64,000 bases of DNA, taken from contig CM052817.1 in NCBI GenBank assembly GCA_028534125.1, positions 89,468,001 through 89,532,000 of the forward strand, written 5' to 3'. The notes beneath the pieces are model-generated. The model saw nothing but the letters and a program-made list of their open reading frames with translations. It was not told where the DNA came from and searched no databases. Made by a program: the position numbers and the translations under genes. Below, one piece after another: positions 37,201 through 50,169 of this stretch (its first letter is position 1; every line of letters starts with the position of its first letter). Origin of the DNA: Lama glama (taxonomy: Eukaryota).

Positions 37201-39990
37201 CTTTCCTTCCTTCCTTTTCCTTTGTTTCTCTATATTGCCATTACCTCTCTACATTATTGTATTAAGAATTGGCTCACTAGCTGGGAACTGGTCCACAACA
37301 GGATTCTGAATGTCAAGTTGAACAAAAATGATTCAAGTGTTAATATTTTATTTATGTTATTATCATTTTATTGCCATAGGATGGCACCACATAACACTCT
37401 TCACTTCACATTTGACTTCTAAAAAAAGATACCCAAAATGATTATCAGTAAAAATAATTGAGGATTATCTGTTTTTCACAGATTTCTCATCTTCACTTGA
37501 TATTTAAATCATCTCTTTCACAGGCTCTTTATCATCATCTTTGTCAATAGTCCTTTCAATTGTAAACCTGTGAACTCTACCATATACACAATTTTCGATG
37601 GTTTTAAGTAGTAAATAATTTTGCTCGATCTCACTTTGTTGAATCATGAAATTCTGTATCTTTGCCCAGATATGTGCAAATTCACATTTTAATTAGTCTC
37701 CTTTTTTATTTTCTTTCTTCCATGAGATGTTTATAGCATCCAAAAATTGGCAAGATATTTTCAGGGATTAATCCTTATATTTAGTGTGCATGTGTATGTT
37801 ATGGGGGGTAGGTTTTGAATAGGAACTAGTATTAGGAGTTGATATTTTAGTACTAAATAATTTCCCATTATAAAAATATTTTATTCCTTTTCAACTTTGC
37901 AACTGCAAGGATTCAAAAATTTAGTACTTTGATGATGAGGCCTCTCTGTCAAAGAATTAGTAATAAGGGTCCTGAAGCAAGAAGCATAAATCTCAGAAGT
38001 GAGAAAAATTACATGAGACAGGAGGAAAATCAGAAAAAAACAAAGAAGAATCTAGACTAGACTGTCACCATTTTCTTAGCCAAATCAATTATCTTATCAC
38101 CAATTCTTCAGTGATGAGCAATAAAGGTTGATTTTAGAATCAACCTTCATTGCTGTTTGCTTAACCGCTCTATGTATATACATATCTGTATAATATATAG
38201 AGATACATAGTTATCATTTCAAAGTGCATTTGAAAATTATAATCCTTACCACCCATTTTCTTACTGTTTTCACAATGTGCTGAGTTAAGAATTCTGTGAG
38301 GTAATAATATATCAATGTAACAGGAAGAGAAATTAAGAAAAGTAAGTGGTCACAGAATATCCAAAATTTAGAGTAGGGGGATTTATGTCAGGTAAAGATA
38401 AAGTTTTGGTTAGGAAAACTCATTATTGGGCTTTTTTTAAGTAAAATTTTTAGATTAAAAAAAGGAACCTGTTTGTGAGTTTTTCCTTTGCAGCTCCTGA
38501 GGGGCTGTAGATATCAGGAAGTGGAGAAGAAGAGAGATAATAACATGTTCTAGATGAGGTCAGAGCTTCTGTTCATACGCCAAGGTTAAAACATCAGAAA
38601 GAACCTGGCAGATAAAGCTATACCTGAAAATCTCCTTCTGAGGTATCCCAGGCTAGTTTTCTTACTTGGAAATTAACCAAACCCTATTTAGGATAATTTA
38701 GCGGTGATAGAATATTAGAGAAAAGATCTTGAGGCAGTTAAAGAAAATAATTGAATTTGGGTTTGCCCTTTATTGATATTAAGGCTCTTGACAGGAGGAA
38801 AGTGTCTTGATTGACAATGCAAAGATGTTAAATCACTACTTCTTGCATATCTCTATTAATTACAAGTTAGATAGGACAACACTTTCTATTCTTGAGGCAT
38901 ATAATAATATGAATTAAACATATATCTGAACTGTGTGAGCTTAAGATCAAAAGAAAAAATGAAGCATAATTGCTGTAGAAACATCCATTGATTTACTCAT
39001 GAGAAATATGCCATAATAGAGTTGTTAGGAGAACAGAATTTGAATATAGGGGGTTCTGGGATTGAAACCTGGCTCTGTCACATTAAATTTCAGTGTTACT
39101 TTGAAAAAACAACTTACATTTTCTTTGCTTTGGTTTTTGTATTTGCAAAAAATTTTTAAAAATTAATAATATCTGTGACTTCCCCTCTGAGGTTGTGGGT
39201 TGTGATAAGAATTATAATATATAAGGCAGGGCAGCATTTCTCAAAGCAGAAATGTGTAACATCAGAAGTAATGAAGTGTATTAAGCTGGTATTGGAAAAG
39301 TATTGTTAATATATTATAATAGAGGCATATCTGAATATAAACGTGTGTATGTGAGTGTGTGTAACAGGAAAAAATGTATTATTAGTTGACCCATAATTTT
39401 AGAGAACAAGAAAGAACTAAAAATGAGTTCATTATAAAGAGAATGAGCAAAAAACAGGTGCGTCCTTAATGTAGCAAAATAATGAAAATGAAGTTTGCAA
39501 ATCACTGTGAAAATTCATACCAAATTCTCAGAAGAGCAAATGGTATACAGAAAGCACTCATTACACTGTAGTTATTGTTGTAAAATGCTAGCATTGTCCT
39601 ATGGGTTTTCACATACACTACTTTATGTAACCCTATCAGCAATCTAACAAGGCATGAACTGTTGTTTGCATTTTAGAAGACAGATAATGAGATGGTCACT
39701 ATATTGAAAAGTGCTTTGCCAACATCACACAGCAGGTTTGGCTTATCAGGGACTCCAAACCTGGCAAGCCAGGATGACACTGTCCTTCAGCAGTTTTAGT
39801 CTGTCACACCTGATTCTTGATATAACTATTCTTTGCCAGAAATGATGTGGTTATTTTAGATTCTGTGATTTTTTTTCCTCTGGCAGATAGAGTTCTGTTT
39901 GCTGCTATCATCTGGCAAAACTATTTTTTTAATTAAAAAAACTATATTAGAATTCTACTAGTACATGTAATCATCCTGGCAGTACTAAAA

Positions 39991-39994
39991 CACC

Positions 39995-40025
<31 letters not shown>
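39991..40025. repeat. Compound (CAC)n(AAC)n microsatellite
   Basis: Directly visible. Confidence 0.9.
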
Positions 40026-40575
40026 TGCGCAGTGAATGTGAGTACGATAAGCTGTTCACGCCAATAACTACCGAACTCATGCAATTATTGCTTGGAATTC
40101 TTAGTAACTGGGGTCACTGCTAGCTCTTTTCAGGTTAAGTGCGGACTTCTTAACAAAAGGAAAGGAAAGGAAAGAAACAACTGTTGTATTTCTTAAGATA
40201 TCATTTTTAATAAAGTGATTTTAAAAAATTAATTGGTTCTATAATGATAGCCAAAAATAAAAAAGTCAAATCTTAAGTGAGTCAAGCAATAAATTTAGAT
40301 CTCTTGCATAAATTGCAGAGGTTACTTGAATTTTGGAGAAGCATTTATTAAGTTGCTACCTTATTTTCACTCACTTTAATATACATTGCAGTAAACATAG
40401 AAGCAGAAAAAGGCCTATTTTAATTCTTATTAAGTAGCAAAATTGTATATTTAGGAAAATAACTCAGGAACCACCTGAAAGCAACATGTGAGAGAATGAT
40501 TCCCAGAGTCTCTCTGTAACTAACAAAGAAATTCTAAGTGGAAGAATGTTTGAATCAAGGTTAAGCAGTGGCAGT

Positions 40576-40665
40576 GGGGGTATAGCTCAGTGGCAGAATG
40601 CGTGGTTAGCGTGCTTGAGGTCCTGGTTCAATCCCCAGGACCTTCGTTAAAAAAAAAAAAAAAAA
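40576..40665 (+). mobile_element. tRNA-Ala-derived SINE (short vic-1-like form)
   Basis: GGGGGTATAGCTCAGTGG A box, TTAGC anticodon-loop remnant, GGTTCAATCCCC B box and poly(A) tail. Confidence 0.85.
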
Positions 40666-43600
40666 GAAGATTAAATGAAACTATGAATGAGGAAATAAGG
40701 AATATTTTCATTGATTCTTCAGATAAAAGTGGATTTTGGATTGAATGCTGTTCAGGACAAGTTGAAGGACATTTGTAAGCTTAGTTTAGATGAGAGGGCT
40801 ATGGATATTGGTTATCTGCTTATGATTCAACCCTTGACACATAAGTAGATGGGGTCACTAAGCAAGCCTTGCCCATAAATACCAAACTTCCAGAGAGCAA
40901 AGAGTGAGTGCGGACAGACTATGTGGTTCCTTATAAATTCATTATTGAAATATAGATGTATATGTAATGGACTTGTGTATTAACTATCAGAACTTTAAAG
41001 TATGTCTGTTAATTCAGAAAGGAAATACTGAGCAAAGGAAAATCAGGAAATCATATTTCCTTCCTCCCTCCTTTCTTTCATTTTTTTCAAAAAATATTTA
41101 TTGATGTTAAACTCCATGAAAACTCTTCTTCTGAGCACTAAGGAGAAAGATGAAAATGTATATGAGATCTTTTCTGCTGACAAACACTCTTATATAGTGG
41201 AGAAAATAATGCTGGACTGTAAATACTAATTCAGGTAGAGGAGGCTAAGTACTATGCAAGAAAGAACCAGATAAAGTTAACTCCTAACAGAGGAAGAAAG
41301 GAAAGCTTCTGTGGAGACAATCAACAAGTCCATTAATTTTACCTAGAAACTGAACAGGCTGAGCCAGATGGAAGGTGAGAATGAGGAAGAAAGCCATCTC
41401 AGTACTAGGACTCTGGTAGTAAAACAACCTTGATGAAATTTAAATATCTGTGTAATTGGCTAATATGCTACTGTTCCTAGAGGAAGGGACACAGGGGTAC
41501 ACAGAGGTAAGGCGATAAATGTCCACTGGGTTCAGACTCTGTGTGTGTATGTGTGTGTTTAGGGGCAGGGAGCATAGGGGTTAGACTATGAGCTTTATTT
41601 ATTTACTTATTTTCCAGTAAGGCTTGGAGGAAAGCTTAAAAGAGATTTTGAGCAAAAGACTGACATAAAAGTATTAAAGCTGTAATAAGAAAGTGGCAGA
41701 GGAAGGATGGATTGAAGAAAAGAAGCTTTGAAGCTCAGACAAGAGTAGAATTGAGAAGTGATGAGATCCAAATTAAAGAGAAGGGTAAGTTCAAAACAGA
41801 TACAAGACATATTCCAGAAATAAAATCAAATGAGGCATATGAAAGATACTCTCTAATTTTAAGTTTCAGTGACAGAATTGAGGAATACAGAGGAGGAGCT
41901 TTAGGAAATAGCATGGGCACTTCTCTTGTGATTCTCCTTCAGTATAGCACATGATGTAAACTAAATTATTAAAATCCGCTACTACAATTGATTGATACTG
42001 AATGCATCACAACAATTGAAAAAACAACAAATTCAAAAATGACACTGGAAGTTTAAATGGCCCACAACTTTTAAAACAGATGATTATATTGCAAATGTTT
42101 TTATAGTCTTTTGAATTCCTAGCATCAAGAGCTCAAAATATAGGTAGATGCTTGTATCATGAAAACAAGCTAAATGAACAGAGTATGTTACACTAATGTT
42201 CCATTAGCTTCAATAGACACATCATAAGGCTCTGATTACAATTCTCTAAAAAGTTACTGAGGGCTTAAAAATTCAAAATTTAGGAGGTTTTTATTGTAAA
42301 TTTAGACTAATTAATACATTTGATTTAGGAAAAAAAATACTAACAGGGTTTCACCACAGCACTAATTATAAATATATTCAGGTTTTTATGTTAAAAAAGC
42401 TGTCTTAAAAATTGCCATATTTTAAGTTCACATACATACTATTTCCTGAAATTGGACTCTAAATGTCTTTATGATAACCATGATGCAATTACATTTTAAG
42501 CTAAACATCATATGTAAGTGTAAGTTAAACGTTATTGTGTAATGCCTCTTAATTACTTTTTTAATAACTGTCAGACCTCATAGGATCACAGAAATTAAAT
42601 ATGCAAAAATATATTAATTCATCTATGCCAGCCTCTTGACAGTGAACAAATATTCTAAGTAAAAAGGTACTTTTATAAAGTGCTGCTTCTATTTAAGTTT
42701 TAAATTACTTTGTCTTTTATATATATAAATATATACCTGACAACATTGCATTATGAAATGAAATGATTTGTGTATTTTATTTTCACAGCAAGACTAATAT
42801 TTGAGGCGGGGAGTTTGGGGGAGAACTCAGATCAATGGATTAAAACAATATGCTGCACACATATACATGATTAAATTAGGTTAACATCATGGTAAATAAT
42901 AATATAAAATGTTAAAATAATACAGGCTTTACAAGTATTTTTGTATTAAATAATAAAAATCAACTGCCCAGAGATAAAATTGATAGGACTTGGTAAATGA
43001 TTCAACGTGGTAGTAAGATAAAGAGAAATGCTGTGAAATGTCCAGAGATTTCTGGTTTGAGACATCTGAACGGAGGGTGGGAAGTTAGGTACGTACAGGT
43101 CAGAAGCATGTGCGCATAAGAAAGAGAAGGAGAAAATTTGTCTGGAGGTCCACTCTAAGTACACATCTTTCCCATTCCTCTGAATCCCAATTGCAGGCTC
43201 TCTTCTTCAACTGCCCAAAGCCTTGCTCTACCCTTTGGCTGCATGGAGTTCCATTGCAGGGCTTCAATACTTGACCTGCTCTCCTCCAGAGATAAATATG
43301 ACATAGCAATGCTACTTTACACATTTTGTACACCTCACAATATGGAAAGCATCTCTGCTTACCATAACCCAGAGTGTAGTGATAAATGTTATACGCTACA
43401 TTTTGCAGATGAGTAAATAAAGGCTTCACAATTTTAAATTATAAATAGATCCAATACTAGAAGCCTGTTCTGCTCCTAAGCAAGCATTCTTTCCTCTTTT
43501 TCTCAGTCTCTCCAGAATGACCAGAACTTTGGTGGTGTTTCTAATATAGTGTAGGTAATTAGAACACAGTTTACTGAACCACCCAACAGTCATTTCAAAA

Positions 43601-43730
43601 TTTTTGGTAACATATTTAGCAAGTGATAGAAATATTTTAAGTGAAATTTGTGCCACTTAATAAGTTCATAATGATACAATAATCCCTGGCATTTTAGCAT
43701 TATAAATATAGATTGCATGCATTTAATAGT

Positions 43731-43739
43731 TAGATAGAC

Positions 43740-43785
<46 letters not shown>
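43731..43785. repeat. (GATA)n microsatellite
   Basis: About 13 units, one of them GACA. Confidence 0.97.
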
Positions 43786-45349
43786 TATTTAGAGTTGTAT
43801 TTCAATAACAAGTAAGAGCCATGAGTCTGATACTGCAAATGCACAGTTTTAGTAATGCTGTTTTTCTGAAATGAAGAGTATAATCCTCACTATCTAACAA
43901 TGAGTATTCAAAAATTGTTCTTCAGAAAAAGTAAAATGAAAGAGGTTGTTGATATTTGCTTTTGAAATCTCAAGTTGATGAAGATAACACTTTGACAATT
44001 GAGCCTCTCATGGAATACATTTCATCAACAAAATCTCACATATGACATGCTCATTTATTTAACAAGTGGTATAACTAAGTCGAGTGTATGGAAACAGTTG
44101 TATTCAAATGTAGGACAGTTGTAAATTAGATTTTATGATGACACTTTATGCATGCTTTTTGAGAAATAAATGTCAAAACTATCAGTTCAATGAGCCACTA
44201 CAGCAGAGAAGAGACTCATCTATATTAAAAGAGATTCATAATAAACATAAAATATATAATTAAATAAAATAAGAAATGAGGTCAAAAGTTGAATAATAAG
44301 CTATAGACGGGTGTGTACTCTTTTCCTCTCTCAAGTCTAAATAAAGAATATTATGTGAAGTCTGGACAACAGTTTTGGGGTTAATTTTTATTGAAATGAT
44401 ATATATTGAGTTTGATATTAGAATTTTCAAATATAAAATGCTTTGATTTAAGAATTATTTAAATAATTTGAAAGAGATGATTCTGATGCTTATTTTGCAA
44501 GGATGTGTTCGGTTGAATGGGAATACCAAATAATATCAAATGTCCTTCATAAGGAAGAATCACTTATTAACCCATTAATCATGATGCTGTTTTGAAAGTT
44601 TGCACTTTTAATTGTTTGCGCTACTTTTATAAGGCCTTTGTCAATGTGCTATTAGCAGGTATGAAATTGAATTCTGTAAATGTAAAGGATTTCTAGTTAG
44701 CTATTCAGCCACATCAAATATTTCCTTTCATTTTGGTTCAATAAAATGTATTTTTCCTCTTCTGTAGGAAGGGCTATACTGTTTCCTGAGAAATACAAAG
44801 ATAACCAATATATAGACTTTGCCTCTGGGAATTGATAATTCCTTTGGAGAATCAGACATAAACACCAGTAATAGGGGATCATCTCTGATGTAGGTAGAAG
44901 GGCAAAAGTAAAATAACATCTAATATTTAGGATAAGAAAATTGCAGGCAATGAATTGCACTATCGTTTTTCTTTAGTACAGATATGAGTTATATTCAGTT
45001 TAACCTGTGCAATCAATGACTTCTTATTCAGTGATGCAACCACTGGCCATTTTTCTAATCATGTGTTTCATTTCCTTGTTCTTTTTTTCGCAAATTTTAA
45101 AAAAATTTATTTTCACATTCACTTAAGATCTCAGTTTTTCTTCTCTTTTTTTGTATTTTTTGAATGCTATAGATTCTGATACAATTTGAATATTCTTGTA
45201 AAATTATGAGCTGAAAAACTAGCCAAGTTCATGTCTCAATATGCGTTAGTAACCAAAAGATTGAGATGATCCTTGTTCTATTTAAAATAGTTCAATGTGC
45301 AATCCCACATAAAATCATTGTTTCTCTCTTATATTTCCTCTTAGCTTTA

Positions 45350-45520
45350 ATATTCATTCACTTATTAATCATTTAATCAGCAAATATTATTGAGCCCCTA
45401 ATATGTGACAGAAACTGTTTTAGGTACTGAAGGTGTAGTAGTGAAAGATATTGACAAAATTTTCTTTATGTTGAACTTGAACTGCCATTCTTGAGTGGGA
45501 GACTGAAAATATGTAAGTAA
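45350..45520 (-). mobile_element. L2 LINE 3' end
   Basis: ATTCATTCA...CAAATATTATTGAGC.CCTA.TATGTG.CAG reverse L2 tail. Confidence 0.7.
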
Positions 45521-46544
45521 AATACATTGTATGCTAGATAATGAGATGCACTAAAGATTCAAATCAAAACATAGACTCCTAGTGCCAAACATAAATCATA
45601 CACTGAAGCCTGGATATAAAGGAGTCTAAAAAAAAAATCTAGTTACCAGGCTTTTTATCTCTTGTGATTGAAAGAAGACCAGAGGAGAACTTGGGAACAA
45701 ATGCTGGGTGCCAAAAGAGATAATAGGCAGCAGAGTATATGCCACTTTGGCCAAGATTTAAAATTTCAACCTACAGCAATGCTAAAAAGAATTGATTGTT
45801 TCTAATATAATGGAGCTTTTCTTCATACAAAGATGTCCCAATCTTTTCCCCCAAAACAGAGACCAAAAGTATCATCAATCACCAAATCCAACCCTGAGTG
45901 ATGGATTTCCTTAAATTCAGCTGCAACTTCTTTTTGATATATTTAGTTCCTAAAAACTAATTTATATGAACCACAACAACACTATGTAAATTAATAAGTG
46001 AAGAGAAGTTGACTTAAATAGACAAAGATATACATAACAACGTAAGTAAGAAAATATAAATATATATAGTTTTTTAAAGTTCTCTTTTCTCCAATGGGTC
46101 ACAGGGTTGTAGTTTGCATATTTTATTTTCTCCTTCAACTAATCATTCCTTGTTTCTTTTCTCTCAGCTAGCATTTAGCTGGTGGGTTTAAATCTTCAGT
46201 CAGGCTTTGTAGATCCCATCTGTAGTGAGTGCTTATAGTTCTCTAAGAGGTATTAAAGTTCTCTCTAAGGAGAGAATCTCCCAAGATTCAGATCTATGCC
46301 TCTTTTTCCCATTGTTAAACAATACTGTGTTGGACATTTTGCTAGATACTAGATGATACAGTGTTTCACCAAAGGTGGTGAGAAACAGACCCAAAATGGA
46401 AACATCTGAGATGAGTTTTCGGAGCTGACAGTGCCTGAATTCACTGGTAATTTCTTTGCCACCCTGGGGTGTGCTCAGTTGGCTCATATGCAGTGTGGCC
46501 ATGACAGTCCAGGTGGAACTTTAACACGGGCTTTAAATGTGAAC

Positions 46545-46790
46545 CTTCCCTCAGCAAGGCTCACCTGCTGCCACCACCACTGCTGCTGAGTGTCTGACCA
46601 GACAACAGCAAAGGTCAACACTGACTCATTAATAGGGCTTTATGTCCCAGGGAAACCAGACAGTCACCTGGTAGCAGGATAATTATAGGAGATTCTTTTC
46701 AGTATGGAGAGGCCAGAGATTCATCCTGATAAAAATAAACCTCCTGGATATGGATTATTATTTCCCTCAATGCTTGCAATGCTTCTGCAA
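46545..46790 (+). mobile_element. ERVL-type integrase remnant
   Basis: Pieces AAECLTRQQQRSTL, QGNQTVTW*QD and WRGQRFILIKIN resemble ERVL pol TAECPICQQQRPTL..GDQPATWWQVD..WKGQRFVLTGID. Confidence 0.75.
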
Positions 46791-48693
46791 AAACCAACTT
46801 CTTTCACATCCTGAATGTTTTATTTTAATAGGGTTCCAGGGCACTCAAAGGGGAAAGATCTAGAAGTTGCTGCAAAATGCCATCTCTGTGAAGCCCATGT
46901 ATTTGTGTGCTGCCACTGTGAAAGAAAGCAATGTATTTTAAATTTTTTTTCTATCTCAAAATCTAATATGAATAAATCGGGTTGGCAGAATGTTTATCAC
47001 ATTGAGAATCCTTGAAGAAAGAGAGTGATAAAAATAGTACTCGGCCTTCTATCTCTTACAATACAGGATAGAGTATAGGGAAGTGTACACGTAACTACAG
47101 ATTGAAATACAGGAAGGCACTGAGAGATTTTTGTCCTGATAGATAGCATGATCTAACTTTCCCTTCTAGTCCTCTGCCCATGTATCCTTTTCTGAATCAA
47201 TTGCTTCTCTTTCATCATCTGAAGATTTAGACAATTTGTCTTAATTGGCTGATGCAACATCGGAACTATATTCAACTTTTAGAATAGGTGAAATATTTTT
47301 CTTAGGAATCAAGGTTTTTGTAAGAGTTATCATAATCCCTTCATATACTAAAGATGTGTTGATTAGATGTAGGCACTGAGAATATAGTGTTTAATGACCC
47401 AGGCTTCTGGACACAGGATCCCACAGTTAAGTTGGGAATGTAGTTTTTTTAAAATATTATAAAAAGTTTCATTACTAACATGCAAACCTTTCAGAGAAGA
47501 GTATCTGATGCAAACTGTAAGAGAAAAAGACTTAAAGACCATTATTGGTTTAATTGACTCTTGAAGGATAAGAAAAAATTAAGCAGTTGAAGAAAAATGG
47601 GAAAGATGTTCTAAGACAGAGTAGGTAGTAATTACAACTGTGAAAGCATATGCTCCTATCAGGGAAGAACAAGGAATTCCTAATTCAAGTAGGGTGTTAG
47701 GATGACTTTCCAGTCTCTAGAGGGAAGTCAAAACTGTCTTTCCTCCTGAAGAGGTCAGCTTTGCTGTACATGTAGGAGAAAATGTATTTCTCAACAACAC
47801 AACTGGACCACTCTACTCAGGTAGAGTTGAGTAGAAGAGTAAGTTTTGTCAATAAGAATAAATGGGTTATACCCAGAACTAAAAGGGGTATATGTTCTTC
47901 TGACTCACATGACTTGCCCTTGGATGCCCTTGTTCCTTCTCAACCAGCTGCTAGGTAAGTGCAGTCCTGAGTAACCTAGAGGAGATAGTTAGCCTTGGAA
48001 GACTAAAGGGGAATAAAGCTGACCCCATGCTGGGAAGAAAGCAGGAATAAATAGGTCACAAAACCTTCTCTGTCATGGGTTTATTTTTATGGGAGACGTC
48101 TTAGCTTCTGGTGGTCTAGCCCAACTCAACAGATGCAGAAGCTAGGAAGAGTTTTGTGGTTCCTGTCCCGGCAGTAAATGAGAATGCATTTTCCACTAAT
48201 GTTGTCCACGGTGTACAGAATAATCATCAGATGAACAGAAAAAGACACAGAGCAAAGACAGCTAATCAAAGAATAAGCAATTGGGTCTTTATATTGACTA
48301 CTTACATTCCAAAACAAGTAATGCCCATAACAGTCAAAGACTCTTTGAAAAGCATCTGTTTTGTAATATTAATTTGACTAATAAAGTAATACTGAATAAG
48401 ATGAAAAAGAATTCATGTTCAAAATATGAGGTTTCCAAAGAAGAATATGTGGTAGTCTAAAAGCTTTATTTAAATTCAGAATTCCTGATAGTTTTTATAA
48501 CAAATTATTAGTCAAATTTGGGGGGAGGTTCTACAATATAGGCAGCATTCTCTGTCAGGCTTTATGTAAGTAGCACAAGTATGGAGTATGCATCTGTGTA
48601 CCAATGTGTATCATCCTGACTCTATTCCTTCCACAAAAATTAGTCCCACAGTTTAGAATTTAAATTTATGCTAACGTCTTTTGTGTTACATAG

Positions 48694-48715
48694 ATGTTAT
48701 GAAATATTTCACCCT
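48694..48715 (+). other. Candidate 22-nt micro-exon
   Basis: ctaac at 48671, pyrimidine-rich tract, catag acceptor, gtgagc donor. Confidence 0.3.
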
Positions 48716-49546
48716 GTGAGCTGCTTAAAGGTTCCTATCTTTCTCTATCTAATTTTAAGCTTTATCATCAACAGGTACTTAGCAGAGGTTTCTTTAGTAA
48801 GAGATGGTTTTATATTAGATGCTGTAAAATCACAGTTCAAAATTACCAGAGTAAATTTATTTTCTTAAACAAGTACTTTATAAATATTCATTTAAAAAGT
48901 CATGTTTATGAATTGAAATGGTCCTTTATAAATGTCCAATTACAATAATTTGACAAGTATAAATATACTTTGTGGCAAACAATACACTGATTTATGCAGA
49001 TCCCATTAGATATGACTGTGAACTATAATTATCTGAGTGGACTATAATTTTGCCTGCCCAGTCATTCATAGAGTTTAATATACTCAACTGAGACTGAATT
49101 TTCAAAGCTGTTTCTAACAGTGGCAATGATGTATGTGTCACCGCCCTTTCTAGTTCTGTTTTTGCTTGAATAAATAATCTCAGCTAGAACCTCATTCATA
49201 TTATTTTGCTCAATTCAACAGGTCCAAAACAAAATAAGAATAATATTAATAGCAAGTCATTTTTACTTAGTCTATAAGAAGGCTTGTTTGCAACCTTCGT
49301 AGGTACTTTTTCTCTTTGGTATATTTGATCATTAGAGTTTAAACACATTAGTAGTTACACTATTGCCTTGATGAAGTAAATTGCCTCCATTAGAGGGTAT
49401 CATTTATGAGCAAGAAATTACAGTTAAAATATATGTGTCAAGTTTGAACAAAAAATTGCATGTCTACTCCCCTATTTTAAATGCATGATATCATTTCTCT
49501 TAACTTGATGGGTAAAATCTGTTTTTAGAATTTAATATGCCTTTAG

Positions 49547-49609
49547 TACTAGTAAAGAACAATCCAACTTAATCACAAGAGAGCATATACAGGGAGTCCC
49601 TTTAGCAAG
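49547..49609 (+). other. Candidate exon (63 nt, or 81 nt from the AG at 49527-28)
   Basis: Consensus donor AAG|gtaagt. The acceptor is ambiguous. Confidence 0.3.
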
Positions 49610-49904
49610 GTAAGTTTGCATGAAACCAAAACAACCAGGTAGTTCAGAGGAATTACCTATTTTGGCATAATTCAAAAATACATGATATGAACACAATGGA
49701 ATAATACTATACTGATCCTCAACAGTCTCAATGTTTTGAAGGTTTTCAGTTGACATTCACCAAATAGTTGTGGAATGTAGCCGTATTTTTCTAATTTTAG
49801 ATGATATTCTATGAAGAAGAGAGTTTATTGTCACAGAGCAGTTCTTTCATTTCTTCTCAACTCAGCAGTAAGATTCAACTATTCTTTCTGAAAGTCTTCT
49901 AGTA

Positions 49905-50116
49905 CAGTTGGCCCTTGAACAACGTGGGGTTTAGGGGTGCTGACTCCCTGAGCAGTAGAAAATCCGAGCATAACTTGTAGTTATGCTCCATATTTACAGT
50001 TCTGCATCCTACTGAACCAACCTCAGATCATGTAGTATCGTAGTATTTATTGTTGAAAACGTCTTCATATAAGTGGACCTGCACAGTTCAAACCCATGCT
50101 GTACAAGAGTCAACTG
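49905..50116 (-). mobile_element. Tigger2-derived non-autonomous DNA transposon
   Basis: TIRs CAGTTG(G/A)C(C/T)CTTG at both ends, TA TSDs, GGGTTTGAACTG..GGTCCACTTATA end. Confidence 0.9.
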
Positions 50117-50169
50117 TATAATATTGCCTTTATTGATTGTTTTTTTAAGCATAAAAGTAAGGTAAGCCA

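Noticed and set aside
40040..40085. miRNA or Y-RNA-like sequence
   Set aside because: No convincing hairpin and no match to any RNA I recognise.
40576..40650. Functional tRNA-Ala gene
   Set aside because: Degenerate stems and a poly(A) tail indicate a SINE.
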